Source of the DNA: Stylophora pistillata
Lineage: Eukaryota
Assembly: GCF_002571385.2 (NCBI RefSeq)
Contig: NW_019217831.1
Coordinates: forward strand, 876,215 to 940,214
Reading direction: 5' to 3'
DNA: 64,000 bases
In this document: positions 47,122 to 61,495 of the stretch, piece after piece
Layout of the letters: each line of letters opens with the position of its first letter
How positions within the stretch are numbered: the first letter of the stretch is position 1
Position numbers and translations under genes: made by a program
The notes under the pieces: generated by a model
Database searches by the model: none
Told to the model about the DNA's origin: nothing
What the model saw: only the letters and a program-made list of their open reading frames with translations

Positions 47122-50100
47122 TCAACAGTGACTTGTTGACTGTGGATATTTCAACTTGAGTTCCTGTTTAAATGTCCTAAAAAGTTCTCTGTTACGGTTA
47201 TTTTCTTCATCCTTGGCAGAATGAAATCCTTCTCTTATTTTGAAACCATGATGAATAAGGAAAGCATTGTTGAGGACCACAAAGTCATAGCCGGCAGTGT
47301 GAGTCTCACAGACTTGACTGATCCTATTAAAACCATACTGAAAATAAATAGTAAAGAAATAAATCAATAACCATGAAGTTAAGAATTTTACATGGGCATG
47401 TGTGGATATGAAATTTCTTTTCAAATGCCTAACTCTACATCTCAGAATTGAGAAGGAGTAGCTTTCCTGTTTGTGGTTTACTACTTTGATTGCTGTTTTT
47501 TTTAGAAGATCACTTTTCTCTCAATCTCTTCTGGTAAAATCTGATGTACTTGAAAGGTCAAGTTATTTTAATCTTTTTGTTCTAAGGAAGTCAAGTACAA
47601 ATTATCTCCCAAAGAAAAAGTGCTAGGTATAAGAAGGAAACTGTAATTGACAAATACATCACTTGATGGAAATACCCCCATCCTTGGTCAGTGAGTTATG
47701 TTTTTTTTTTATTATCAATTGAAAGCTGCTTTCTGTTAGAAAGTTTATACCTGCTTGAATCTCTCATCATAAAGAGGAACATGATTAGGTGCAATGTAAA
47801 ATGGTTCCCATGGATCCTTCCAATCAACAGAATAAGCTATCTGCAAATTGTTGTCTGAGGAGTGATAGCTAAAAAATAGAGATGATATGTTATTTTGAAT
47901 ATAACACTGAACAATACATAATAGCCAAGAATTATTATTGAACCTTAAGAGTAAACATAACGTTTTGCATTTTTCTAAAAACAGTAAATACAGCATGATC
48001 AATACGCTATTTTATGTCACAGTCACAATACTTTAATTCAAGAAATATTACACTAAGAAACAAAAACTCTTGCAATATTTCAAACTGTAATGTTGTCTTC
48101 TAGCAACATGCAAGATAGGTGCAATAAAGTAACAGAGCTCGAAATGTCTTGGTTTTATGGTTTTCTTGGGTGTTGTATGGTTTAGGTTTCAGCAGTGACC
48201 AGGAAATGGTGTAGATTTCTTGGGAGGAATGCATGTAATGTACATGTAGCTTCCCTGCCATAAATTGTCAAGGTGAACTAACCCAAATGCTGGAGGAAAC
48301 CTGTGATGGGTTGGACTGGTCTCCCACTCAGGGAGAGTAACATTCCCTTGCTGCTATAGAGACTGGCATGGGCTATGGTGCTGTGAGCCTCTTGGTTAGA
48401 ATGATTGCTCATAACACACTCAAGGGTCATAGTACTTTAACATTTTACACCCTAACGTAAGTATCCACAAACTTCATACAGTTCCCTAGACATTTCCTTT
48501 CATACAGACAAGGAGAATTTGCTTAATTAATTAACAATCCAAGCACCTCAGGTTGACGATCATTTCCTTTTAAATTATTCTCCCAATCTTAATAAAATTC
48601 AGATGTATCACTGTGTGGGGAGAAATAAGATGCTGGTTACTCTTAGGGCCAGTTATTTATTAAAATAAACAAAGTTTAGCTGTTGTTGAACAAGACAGCA
48701 TTCTAAGCCATCTTGAATTCAGCCTAACCTTTCATCCCACTGTCAAGTGGGCCTAAAGCCCATTGTGGAAGGACATTTATTTAATTAAAACAACCATTTT
48801 ATAGAGAATCCCGGAGGCCCACTGTTTGTGCAAAACCACAGTTTGGGTTCCACTTCGTGTAAATAACCAGCCCTTGGGGTTAAAGAGTTCATATTTTTTA
48901 AGTACCAGAAAGATTCTTTAATGTGTTCCTCTGACTTGCCTTTTCCATGCATCATAATCTAAATGCTTCTGGCACTTCCAGCATGTTTGATAGTAAAATG
49001 GCTGGACGCTGCCAGAATCCCACAGAGCAATTAGCTCTTTCTTTGTTAGTGATGGTGAAAGCTTTCTGACACTTTCAAAAGAAGCTACCACAAACACCCT
49101 TTTACCTGAAGAAGAGAAAATGAAATGTCATTTGGCAAAATATGTATGCTCCAATAAATATACTCTGCCAAGGAATAACAGTACACTGTGAGGGAAGCTG
49201 GACTGATTTGCAAGTGATGAGGATGGGGGGGCTGTTTGTGTGGTGTTATATATAACCACAAAGGCTTAAAACAAGAGCTTTCATTCAAAACACACTAACT
49301 ACAATCATTGTCACTTTCCCGCTCCCCTCAACTTACAAGGTTCCCAGATTCCAAAATATACTTGCCCTCGACAGATACTGCCAGCCAAGTACACTATACA
49401 GTATTTGATTCACTTCATGCATAGGAAGCTAAGTAAAATAGTTATAAAAGAAAAACCCTTATGAGGCAATGAACTTGATTTCATGAGCTGGCCATGTGGA
49501 AACTTTTAAAATACTATTCATAATAATTTAGGAAAAGATTCTGACTAAAAAGGCTGCGTTGACCTCTGAGAGAATTCCCTATAATTTGTGGAAATACCGC
49601 TGTCATAGTTTACCATCTTTGTTCATCACATGTACAGCGTATTTTCAAACTTTTCCTCTCATCCAAGCAGAATGCAACACATTCGTTACATATTGACCCT
49701 AGTGCATGGCCAAGCACACAAATGCATTCTCTGAAGCTCTGTGATAGAACATTGGACTGTGATGATCAGAAGTCAGAAGTGCAACTGTCCTTCAGAAGGA
49801 CTTGGATTTTTCCTTTTTCCATTCTAATGTACAACATATACAGTAACATCTTTTTTCAATACCTTTGTTTGCAATGAGGTTTATGTGTTGGGCATAGTCA
49901 AGGAAACTGAAATAAAGATTGCCATTACACATCATGTCCACGTCAACCACAAATACATAGGACTCTGAAGGTAAAATTGAGCGTCCAACATTTCTCAACA
50001 GATTATTTGGATATGGCACCTATAAAGAGTAATTATAAAAATATAATTTATTAAAATAAGTGGTTATGCACTAAGATCTAGTGCAGTTATGACTTATTAA

Positions 50101-53100
50101 TACAGAAAAAAAAAAAAACTCTCACAGACAGCATTTTGGCAAGAAAAACAAGTGTGGCTGACAGGGTGTAATCTGTAAGGTCACGTCTGTTTATTAGCCA
50201 AGTGGCCCATCAGGCCAGCACCTAACTCTGGTTTCTGTAGCATGAAGTGACCACAAGTATCTCTTCTCCCCCCTGAATGGGATGCTCATCCATCACAGGG
50301 TTACCCCTCCAGCATTAAATTTGCTGGTACCCACTAAACACCTGGGCAAAGAGATGCACTGTGAGAAAAATTTAAAATATCTCTCCTAAGAACACAACAC
50401 AGTGTTCCCTGCCAGGGCTCAATCAGGAGTTGAGCACACAAACTATGAGGCCACCATGCCTTGCACTGTTAATCTGTAGCACAAGACAAAAAAATCCCTA
50501 AGATACAAGGAATCCATAGCAAAAGCCCCACAGACCTGGGCCTGCAATTCTTTTTCCGATTGCTTGACTTTTATAAATTATATAACTCTGCAAAGGTTGA
50601 CACAAAAATTGAACTTTCTTAACATATACTTCAAAGTTCCGAGTAAGTAACAAAGAGGCAGCAAGAATAAATCTCATAATGTTAAAAGCACTAGGTTAGT
50701 ATCCTTTGAAAACTGTCACATCTTCCCAAAAAAGTCAATTAACCCTTTGACCCCTGAGGGCATCGTGCAGTATCTAATGTCTGATAATGTCTAATGTCCC
50801 AATACAGTATCACCCAGGGCTCAACACTAATGGTAGCCAACTAGCCACAGACTTGAAGAAATTCAGTTTTGGCTAGTGGCTTTTGATTTCCACTCACCAG
50901 TTTGGCTAGTAAACAAATTAACTGAAATTGTTGTAACACCTAAAATGTCACTAGCCACTTGGCTTGTAAGGTGGAAAGCTAGTGTTGAGCCGTAATCACC
51001 TATGAATCAAACATTATGGTCACAAGATCCAGAGGAATGATCACCAAGTAAAGAAGCTTTGGATTGTTTATTAACAAACTCTTCTTGTCAGCACCTCAAG
51101 GAATGTATAAAGAACAGTATGGAGACTATGCATTCTGATGTTGGGCATAAGGGGTTAATGAATAATCAATTGAGATACATCAAAATTTTCTATACTTTGA
51201 AATTGGCATAATTCCTGCCGTACTCTCCAGCTATCACATTGCTCTTGAGTCTTGCTAAAAATTCCTGACAGGTTCCTTGCTGATTGAGTGCTTGTTTCCA
51301 ATAAGGCTGAAGGGTATTTTCTGCAGGAGGATGTGACAATGGGTACACCAAATGTATTGTCACGCGATCTCTGAATGCTTCATGACACTCATAGAGGCCA
51401 AGTAGAGAGGTAAATGATGTAACTACATCATAGCCAGGTATAAACACAGCTGTTAATGAAACAAAATTGAGGCAAAAAGGTTTTATTTTTTTAAATGTCA
51501 ATTACCAGACCTGGTGTAATTGGTAAATTTCTCTGGCCCTGATACATGACACAGTAAATCTAAAGCTGTTTTTAATTGTTACAACAATCTCATTTATTAT
51601 CAATTGTTCTTAATCTTTCACAGATAGTTGACAGTTAAAATCAATTAAAAAATTGTTTCATAATACTTCACTCTTTGAATGAGTGGTGTGTTCTTGTTAA
51701 TGTATTTTTCACCTTGCTAAGTGCATTCCATGGAAATGTGCTATAGAAATCGATATATATTATTACATTATTATTGTTATTATCTTGTCCCCCCCCCCCC
51801 CACACAAAGAGCATAAAGCCCTTAATAGCTCAATCAGGAAGATTTTTTAACAGTGTGTGCTACAAAGAACAAAGCAGAGAAGAAATCAAAGCTTGTGAGT
51901 TTCCTCATAGATGTAGCAGGAGTTTTAAAACTTACAACGCAACTACCAAGTTGGACATGAAACCTAACTAATAATACTGACTGGACAAACTTAATTATGG
52001 ACAATGTTAAAAGCCCTTCTAATACCTCTCAGATGGTATGTGGGCTATGTTAGCTCAATTTCACAGACCATATCTCACTAACCTTGTATTCTTAGTCTAT
52101 ATTGTAGTTTATGGAACCTTGTTTTTTTCCACTCCAATTTAAGACCAGCACCCTTCACACCTAGGGCCCGTTTCTCAAAAGTCCCAGTAACTTAACAGGC
52201 CTGCAAAGCTGTTCTGTTTTCATTCAAAATGAGGATTTCAAAAGTTTTCAAAATGATATGTAATAAAACTATCAGCTAAAGAAACAAAAAGGACTGATTT
52301 GGATGCTAGAACCTGCTTTCCTATCCTTTAAATTTTGATTTTAAAGCAGCTTTGGGCTCGTTAAGTTACTCAGTGGGACTTTTGAGAAACAGGCCCCAGG
52401 ACCTTAAATTCAAGATAAAATAACTTGGTGCATAACTTACAATATGGACCTTGAACTTGGTTGGTAAATAGTTACACACCTAATGATATTGGGCCTCTCC
52501 AGTGCTCAGTGAGGTCAAGTAAATAATGAAGGTGATTTGAAGTACAATGAGTTACTAATGTTACATCCAGTTCTTCTTTCAATAGTTCAGTCTTTGCCAA
52601 AAGAAAGTTGACATCTATTTTGTACTGGTCTGAGGAATCTGTTGGAAGTTGTTTGAAATCCGGCTCTTTTTCAAGAAGATTCTTTGATACAAAAATTAAA
52701 AAAAAAAGGTGGAGAGTCAACTGGAAAGCAAATGGTTTCTTTAATTTGTACCCAAGAGGAATCTGTCTTAGTCAAGTTTCGTACGCCTTGCTGTCAATCT
52801 GGTGTATTACTTTGTTGTAATATTAATTCATATACTGCAATGATCATGTAACAGTAGCTGGTGATAATATCTTGTGAAAGAAGAAGTTATTAGAATCCAT
52901 GACGAGTCACAGTTCATGGAAAGATTTCCTTTAAACTTCGTACTATTCTAAAAAAAATAGGTCGTTGTAGCTCTCTGGGTAAGTTAATCTCTTGTTCTTC
53001 CATTTCTTTTCTCACGGTATATATGTATAATGACTATGAGATTAAACGGAAACCTTTTCCAGAGTAACTTCAGTGATACAGCTTCAAAAATAGGTCTATA

Positions 53101-53380
53101 AGTGGCTCCCACTATGTAAAAGGTGCGCATTACAATCAGGAAAGAAGCTTAAGTAAATGGTCGCAAAGACATCAGATCATCATTTGGCCACGATTTCCTT
53201 TCTATCAACATATTAGCAGTGGTTAGCTTTAGCCGGAATGTGATTTCTTACCTTCAATCTGATGAGGTATCTCTCCTCACTGAAGCTGTTCAGTGTACTC
53301 AACAGGAAAACGTTAAGAGATACCAACACTATGACAAGAAAACCCAACAACGAAATTACCCTTATTTTGTTACACCGCAT
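47122..53380 (-). CDS. B4GAT1: Beta-1,4-glucuronyltransferase 1 (GT49), 7 exons
   Basis: Exons 53252-53380 (signal anchor), 52480-52681 ([15 protein letters not shown]), 51196-51449, 49863-50019 ([17 protein letters not shown]), 48940-~49105 ([20 protein letters not shown]), ~47750-47869 ([17 protein letters not shown]) and 47122-~47337 ([30 protein letters not shown]). Confidence 0.95.
50178..50460 (-). mobile_element. tRNA-derived SINE, family A
   Basis: Reverse-complement homolog of 61610-61912. Confidence 0.75.
50816..50994. mobile_element. hAT-like MITE nested in a TTAA MITE
   Basis: cagggctcaacacta...tagtgttgagcc, flanked by atcacc on both sides. Confidence 0.7.
52164..52397. mobile_element. 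MITE with long TIRs
   Basis: ggcccgtttctcaaaagtccca...tgggacttttgagaaacaggcc. Confidence 0.8.
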
Positions 53381-56300
53381 GAGCAATTATGAGCATCTTG
53401 ATCAGATGTAACAAGGGCTTGACCACGATAGTTTATGCCATTTACAACTTGTTGTGTCTGCAGCTTTCTTTTGTAATCCAAAATGTTTAATTAAAGTCCA
53501 TGTACCGAAAGAAGATTGCCGCCAAGTTTTACATTGCCACAGACTGCAAAGAAAGAAACCGCTGACAAGATATGTCATTTTGTCACCTGAATATCAAAGA
53601 TTGACAAAATAGAATAAATTTATTTTTATTTCGCCTGTTAAGTGCAAATTTCGGCGAGTGAGATTGAAATTCTTTACTTTGAATCTTCCCTCCGCAAGAA
53701 AATTATTCAGCATTTTTTTGCATTGAAACACATATTTCACCTGAGGACATTTTTTGGTGGTGGTAGTACTCATGCTTCACGCGCCGTACCGGAAATTCAT
53801 TCATCGTGAAGTAGTCGACGATTGTCCACGGTCTCTTGAAGCGGAACTCTCTAGAGAAGAAATATCGGCAATGGTAAGGAATTAAGGTCGGTCAGACTAA
53901 CAACTCGTCGACGAAGATATTGTGTGTAGCTTTTCGTGGAAGCTCGTTAGGTCAGGTAAGAGAACAAGTCATTTTTACGTGCAAACTTCGATGTTGTCAA
54001 CTCTGTGAAGGGAACGAAACAAGGTGTGCTCCAGAGGTGGTCTGAAAATGCGTTTTGCTTGTATTGTGTTGTCATAGTGCTGGAAAGTTCTTGAGACCTA
54101 TTCCAAGTAAAATTATTTTCTCTGTTGAAAAGGCCTGTCACATATGTTTTATGTGTCCAGTTTCGATACATCCTCATTCATGAGGAAAAGGTTTTATCGC
54201 TAACTGCGGTGTCACCGGTAATTTCAGAATTCCACAGGTAGATTTATCATTTTGACTGGGTTTAGCTGGTCTTTTTGTGATTTGAATGAAGGTTTAAATC
54301 TGAAGTAGGATAATCTTCTCGAAGAACAGATATTACGATAACTCTGTACTTTAGTTGGTGTATGCTTCGATCCAGTTTCTCCATTTCCTCTCAATCATGC
54401 ACCTGGCTGGCCATGGTTAGATACGGCGGATATATTTAGACATCGATTTGTTTACATCCGAAGAGATTAGTTTATTTCATTCTACAGATGATATTGATCC
54501 ATATTGGAAACCGCAGCAACATTTTTTAGTATTTGGTAAGCGCAATTACGACGTGGAACCAATACGCAAATTTCTTATCCTAGGCTGATAATTTGTCGCC
54601 TTGGAATGTAACCACACAAATGGTTGCCGCGTGATGTGTTTCTACGATTATTTTTGCTTGCCCACAAATCAATGGCGTTTTGTAAACTTTTACTCGAGAG
54701 CTAAAGAATTTCATCACCACTATTGTTTCGGGTGATAATCCAATGATGTTACTTTTTTTCATGCAGATTAGTACCATAGCAATTAGGAGTTAATTTTTTA
54801 TGAATTCAGAGTGAGCGATGTTTTTGTGTTCGATTACACACCACCTTTCTTGAATACTGCGGTTCTCTTTTCTTTGTAATCAAATCTTTCGTGAGTATTT
54901 TTTTTTAACATTGATTCACTCGGAGATCGTATCTGGTTACTTGCGATTGATTCTAATTTGTCTTCCCGTTTCATTCATTTTGTCCGTGAGCTTTCTGTGC
55001 TTGTTTGAAATTTGTTTTAGCAAGAGTGTGGTTGACCTCTCTGTCCTAGCGAATGAATAGTTTTGGTTCAGTTTGTTTGCATTTTTTTCTTTCGTGTAAT
55101 AACCTATTAATAGTTTCAACGTGTTGCAAGGACCGCGTAGGCGCGTTTTCCAATAAAGAAATCACTGATAACGTCAATCGCATATCCACGATAACATTAG
55201 TGAGGTTGTTTCCAAAATGGCTGAATTTCCTTAGGAAATGAACTGTATATAAAGTTCAGTTGGTTGTGCACTCAAACATTAATACTTTTACACTACACTT
55301 TACCTCGCGATACGTAAAATTTAACCACTACGTTTTTATTTTGTTTGGATCTTCCATTAAAATCATATATAATGAACAAATATTTAACATTTTAGAGGTC
55401 TAGAAATTGTTTTATTTTGACTGGTTGCAATCTGATGACGTAGATAGAGTTGATAAACACATTCTTAACAAATCTGTTCTCATTTGTCTTTGTTTTTCAA
55501 AATCTCTTAATATGTAATCTTATAATAAAGGGTAAGATGGTAGAAAGAGTAGAAAATTCACATTCCTTGGTGTCAGTGTTTTAAGAGCATGTTATATGGC
55601 TGTATTGCCATTGTACACAAATGTAACTAGGCATTGTAATTCACAGCAGAAACATGTTGAGGAAAGATGTTGGGAATCAAAAATATTGATCTCTGGATTG
55701 AGTGCTTTTAATAGATGAATTATATTGTATTCATAGTCTTAATATCCTCAGTAACCTTAGGAACCACTAACAACAGTTTTGCAAACTGATTTGCAAAATT
55801 GTTGAGCACAATATGAGTGCAAATCTTAGTTATACTTTCACAAAGGCTATGTTGTACAAGTTAACATTAATGCCCTAACTTGCCTATTATAGGCCGTTTT
55901 GATTGTTCTTCTTTCCAGTAATTCATAGTGGCCATGCAATCAGCTACATAATATATTTAACTTCCTGTTGACGCTACTGGTGGTATGGAGCACTTTGTTT
56001 GAGAGTAGAATCTCTCTTTTACCTTTCGACCCTCAAGAGTGATTAGCATCTGATTTCTCTTAACAATATCACTCCTCAATCACACACTAGGGTCATGAGA
56101 ATAAAGGAAATGATACATACTTAAAGAAGCTCTTGATTGTTTTCAAGAATTCCCCTTGTTAGCCCCATAGGAACTGTATGGAGAGCAGTTTGGAGAATGT
56201 GTATACTGACCGTAGGGCATTAAGGGTTGAGTATACGATTTAGAGGCTGTTGATTTGTGAAATTGTCACTGGGCAATACCATGTTAGCTATCTGAGAGGG

Positions 56301-59289
56301 TACATAAGACATTTCCAACTTTTTACCTCGGCAACATGTTTAATATCCACTCTACAGGTATAATAAGTGGTCAATGAATGGTGATATAGGACGCAGAGGT
56401 GACTCCAGTCCCACTGACAGTGGAGTAGATACCCGCGAGTGGGAGGAAACTCACAGAGGTGTGTATCATACTGAAAATGATTGAGTATTGATTATCGTCA
56501 TCATCAATGTCATGCAAACTTAATACCATCACAATCATCACCATTATCATCATCGTAATCAATAATAACTTGTACAAGAGGAACAGTACCATCATCATTA
56601 ATAATTGTCATCATTATTATTACAGTGATAAAAAACAATAACAAAATCACTGCTATATTCATCATTATCATCATCAACAACAGCAACATCATGGTCTTCA
56701 TTTTTAGTAACGTTTACATCATCTGGGAGATCCCCATTACTCAAATTTTACCCTTTCAAGAATTTTTTATTTTAACTCCCTAGCCACTTACTTTGAAACC
56801 ATAGCAGTTTTCCTATCTACAGCTGTAGCTGCTGTGCAGATTTCCTTGTAACTTTTATAAGACGAGGTATTGCCTTATTAACGTAACACCCTCTATGCTT
56901 GTCTATACTCGTCACCTGCTTTGCTGGCAGAGTCCCAGTGAAACTGCAAACAATTTTTACTGGATAATTTCAAGTGTTAAAAATGCAGCTTACCTTGCAC
57001 AAGAGTCATAGTTGAAACTATTTGGACAAGGGAGAGATTTTTATATTTGGTGTTCTGGAATATTCTGAATTTATGTTGAGAAGAATTGAAAACTGACTTA
57101 AGGCTAATCTCTGCAAAGTAGTCGGGCTTAAATGTAAGAGCACAATTTGTCTGGACTGGAACAAAGTAGGGTATCAAATAGGTCTTAAAAATGCTATTCA
57201 AGGATTTTTCATGTATTAAATGTCATTAAACAGTTTCCTGAGAAACAATGAAAAGACAGACTATAGGTGTTAACAAATAAGATGGAAATTTTATTCAATA
57301 TTTGTTGACACCTGCTATTGCAAAATGCATTGAGCAATTGTTTAGGTATGGGAAAAACCTTCCGTGCTCCAATTAGGTCATGAATTTTGTATGTGACTTG
57401 TGTTCAAGCAGATAGGCACTCTTCTGAACTTTGTTTTGCTAGTATGCTCTTCATTTTTAAGAAATAATCCATGCATTAATTCTACTTTCGTAGCTGCATT
57501 TTTTGCGGTTTTTTCATACATTGGAGACAAGATGGCAACAACCCTTTGTTTCTCAGAACAATGAAACTACTGAAGCAATGAATATTCACTTAAGAAAAGT
57601 TAATTACACCGTGGTTTTCTATGTCAGTGGTAGTCACATACAAGAGTTCTTTGACTTTCGAGCACTTTCAAAAATGTGCGATGAAGCATGGTGACAATTT
57701 TGTCCGAAACCCTCCTGTTAATCACTGTTAAAGCTGGGTAATTTTTTGGACATTAAAATACTAAAAGTACACCTTCTGTTTTGCTGTTTATAGGGTGTTT
57801 TACAACCTTAGGTTAAAAGTTAATAAAAGGTATTAGCATAATTGAAGTTGATTAAAGTAAATGATGGTCAGTGTTTTTTTCAATGTTATTTTAATTTTAA
57901 TTACTAAATGAAATTCTTTTCATTTTTTCCTTTTCTCTTCAGCAGGACCAAGAATGGTATGTTTACTTATTTTTCTTGAAGTAGGAGTTTCACTTAACTG
58001 CAATAACATTATCAGAGAAAGAATCAAATTTAAAATGAAGAAAGATTCATGTCAAGTTGGAACTAATTTTATTGATAATTTAAACCATGGGCTTGAAATG
58101 CCCACTGCCATGACGCTTTTAAATTTCCATAACCTTGTTTTTAATTTTTGCAAGTGCAGCCCTTCACAACTGAAACCCCATTCTGTGCATTGTGTTTTCC
58201 AAGATCCTTCAGGTTTTTATTTCAGCTGGATTGCGTGTATCATCCAGCAGAGATCCATATCAATTTAATTTATAATAAGTTAAAGGCCACCCTAATGATG
58301 AAACACCATAGATCAAAGCAAAGTTATGAATAAATGCTGCCCTCAAATAAATGCTAAACTCAGGTGGAATAAAAATAATGCTACAGGCAGTAGGAAGACT
58401 GCAGAATTTATTTTGGGATTGTTAGGAAAAATAACAAGTGCAAGGCGAAGTTAACAATCCTCACCAATTTAATGTTGTACACCTTCTAAGCCAGACAATT
58501 GATGCTATCTTGGCCAAAATTGCAAGAAATTTGAATTTAATATATTTTTCTGTAATCTCAAATGCATGCAGCAGCATGGTTATTGTGAGTGAAATTAGAA
58601 TAGCAATTTTGAAATAAGGGAACCAGCCCTTCAAATAGACCCGACCCTAGAATTAAAGCCTCAAGGAAATTGCTAAATATTTGGTAAACAATTAATAAAT
58701 GCCAACGTATAAAGGAGTAAATATAGCATACTGGAAACTTGAAAGATTTTTTACAATTATGTCAAACATTATCCTCACAATAGTCTAATTTATAACCTAA
58801 AAAATTGTTGCACTTAGCTCTTTTGAAGATTATCCTAGGCTTTTGAGTTGCAGCTCAGACTAGTAATTGTTGGCAGCCCTGAATTTACTTTTACTAACAT
58901 CCTCTAAAATTATTTTTGTAGTCCCTAGAACCTTACAATTATGGAAGTGACTCCTCCTGGTCAAATCTAAATGGGGTAGAAGTAAAGAAAAAGTAAGTTG
59001 TAGACTTCTGTTAATATTCTTGATTAATGATTGTCTTATTTTTACTTTCTGAAACCAAGCGTACAATGTTTAGAGGCATGAACATGAACAAAACAAAAGT
59101 ATACGTGCCTGGAAATGAAGATTTCACTCCACAAACCTCCCTAAAGTATAATTATATAGCATATTCTTCCTTGGTTCCCTCTAATTCAAGCCATTTTAAA
59201 GTCAAGTGGAGGCTATTCAGCCTTCTCCCATGCTCTCTCCTTTCACTCTACAAAATTGATGAGCATTAGGGGATGAAACAAGACAAGAC

Positions 59290-59610
59290 TGCCGCCCAGG
59301 TAGCCCAATGGATAGTGCTTTGGACTGTTGTGCGGGAGGTCGAGGGTTCAAGCCCCGGCTGGACCAACACTCAAGGTCTTAAAATAATTGAAAAGAATTT
59401 GCTACCTTTCTATAACATCAAGAAATGGTTAGATATTCTAGTCTTCTTGGATAGGGATGAATAAATGGAGGTCCCGTCTCCTGCAGGGTTGGGGGTAGGA
59501 GACGTTAATTTCCCACACACAAGATTACTGTGTGATGGATGCCCCCCCCCCCCTGGGGTGGGATGGTGGGATGTACAGACCCCCATTTAAACCAGCTTCA
59601 AGCTGAACTG
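59290..59610 (+). mobile_element. tRNA-derived SINE, family B
   Basis: A/B-box-like head (tagcccaatgg...gggttcaagccc); homologous to 31440-31760. Confidence 0.7.
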
Positions 59611-60723
59611 GGCTGGCCTGTCTAAATATCGTAAATACATAGTGATTACATACATACATATATACAAGTTGAATGAGCCTGAATCACAGAGATGTCAACC
59701 ACTGATTCTTTTATCATTTGAACTAACCACTCAGCAATTTTGCATGGGACTCTATGAAACTGCAAGTTTTAATCAGTTCTATGACTTTCCAGACTCAAGA
59801 AAGAAAACTCTCGCAAAGCAAGAAAATCTGTCACATTTGATTTATCACCACTTAATAATCTGTAAGCCAAATTAGTTGAGGTTTAACTACTTGTTGTCAG
59901 CTTGAAGAAATCATGCATGGTATTTATTTGGTTACCATTGTTTCCACATGCAGCTAAATTTCCTGGAAGAAAATCAAGCATGTGTATAAAACCAAACCAA
60001 AATAGCCATTCAGAACAAAAAATATAATGCATAAAGCCAGTGAGAACTTCAAGTTAAAACAAAAAACTTCCCCATAGTAAAGGAACATGCCACTGCCACA
60101 GGTGACCAACATATGTGTATAATTGGGTAAGAAAAGTATCTTATGGGCTGCCTGTGGCCATGAAAATATGAAAATTATTGCATGTAATACTTCAAATAAT
60201 TTGATAAAATAAAACAACCTTACAATTGATTTTGATGTTGGGAGACTTTTCTTAAAAGTTAATTATCTATGAATTTTTTTAAGCTGACTTTTTAAATTGT
60301 CATGTCTTGATTTCATTTCACAGTGGTTCTTACAAGGGAAAGGCTCTAACTTTGGTAAATATTGGATTTACATTTTTATTTGATAAAAATGAGCTGGCTC
60401 TTGTAAACTCAAGCATAGTTATTTCCTTACTTTTTCCCTTCTTATTTTTTTTTAACTGAAATAAGACAGTTTGTATGAATTACAGCACTAAAAGGCTAGA
60501 ATTAACAAGGCCTTGTCTGTTTTTAAAGTGGGTTCCAGCTATTTTTTGTAATCTGTAAAATCTAACTTAGTTGTAAGGATTTAAACTCACATGGTTACCA
60601 TATATTTGTGGGCTCTTGAACACTTCAATGTCATGGGTCTTTTTTGTTAGAAAAACGTATGGAAGAACTTTGCTCTGAACAGGCTCAAATGATTTTGTTG
60701 TTGTTGTTGTTTTTTTTTCTCAG

Positions 60724-61462
60724 AACAATAATGTTGATCCAAGAAAGTCTCCTAAGAACTCCCCTAAACTGGGAGTGCGTGATGGTAAGGATTTGTGCAT
60801 TATTTTATAATGTCTGGTTTTAATTACAACTGTAATAAAATTAATGGTTTATTTACTGGTGGCTTGTGAAAGGATACAGCCACAAGGAGTGATTTGCAAG
60901 TTCCCAACAAGGATTTCTTAAAGATTTTATTTTGAAGTATTGTTGGAATGTGCATTACTTTTTCTTATTGCCTTCATTTTCCAATTTGATTACCTTGCAA
61001 GCACGTTCCTTTATGAATGAGTTTGGTTCCTGTATGAGGTAGAGACTCAATAGTGAAGTAGAAAGAAATGTTTAATTTAAGACTGACTTCTTTAAATCAA
61101 GATAACATGTTAGGCAATGAGGATCAACAGATAACATCTGTGTACTTAGACAAGTATAACCCTATCAGGTATGATCATGAAAATTTCCACCAAAGTATTC
61201 TAGGGCTAAAAGATCTGAAGTGACAATTAGAGACAAGTGTACTTTAGGTATGTCCTGAGAATTGTCTTGAGCATGGAATTTTTTCTTGCCTGCATGCAAT
61301 GTGTTGTTAAAGTAATTATTTGGCTTTCACCTTCAGATCAAAAGAAGCCTGTTCAAGCTGCAAGTCAGTTTCCTGCAAGAACAAATTTCCTTTTAGAGGC
61401 ATGTTATTTCAGTCCTCTCTTGTTCCTATTTCTCTCATCATTTCTTATTTAGTATGGTTGGC

Positions 61463-61495
<33 letters not shown>

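Noticed and set aside
56371-56701. Met/Ile-rich hydrophobic ORFs
   Set aside because: Degenerate (cat/aat) low-complexity tract in an intron.
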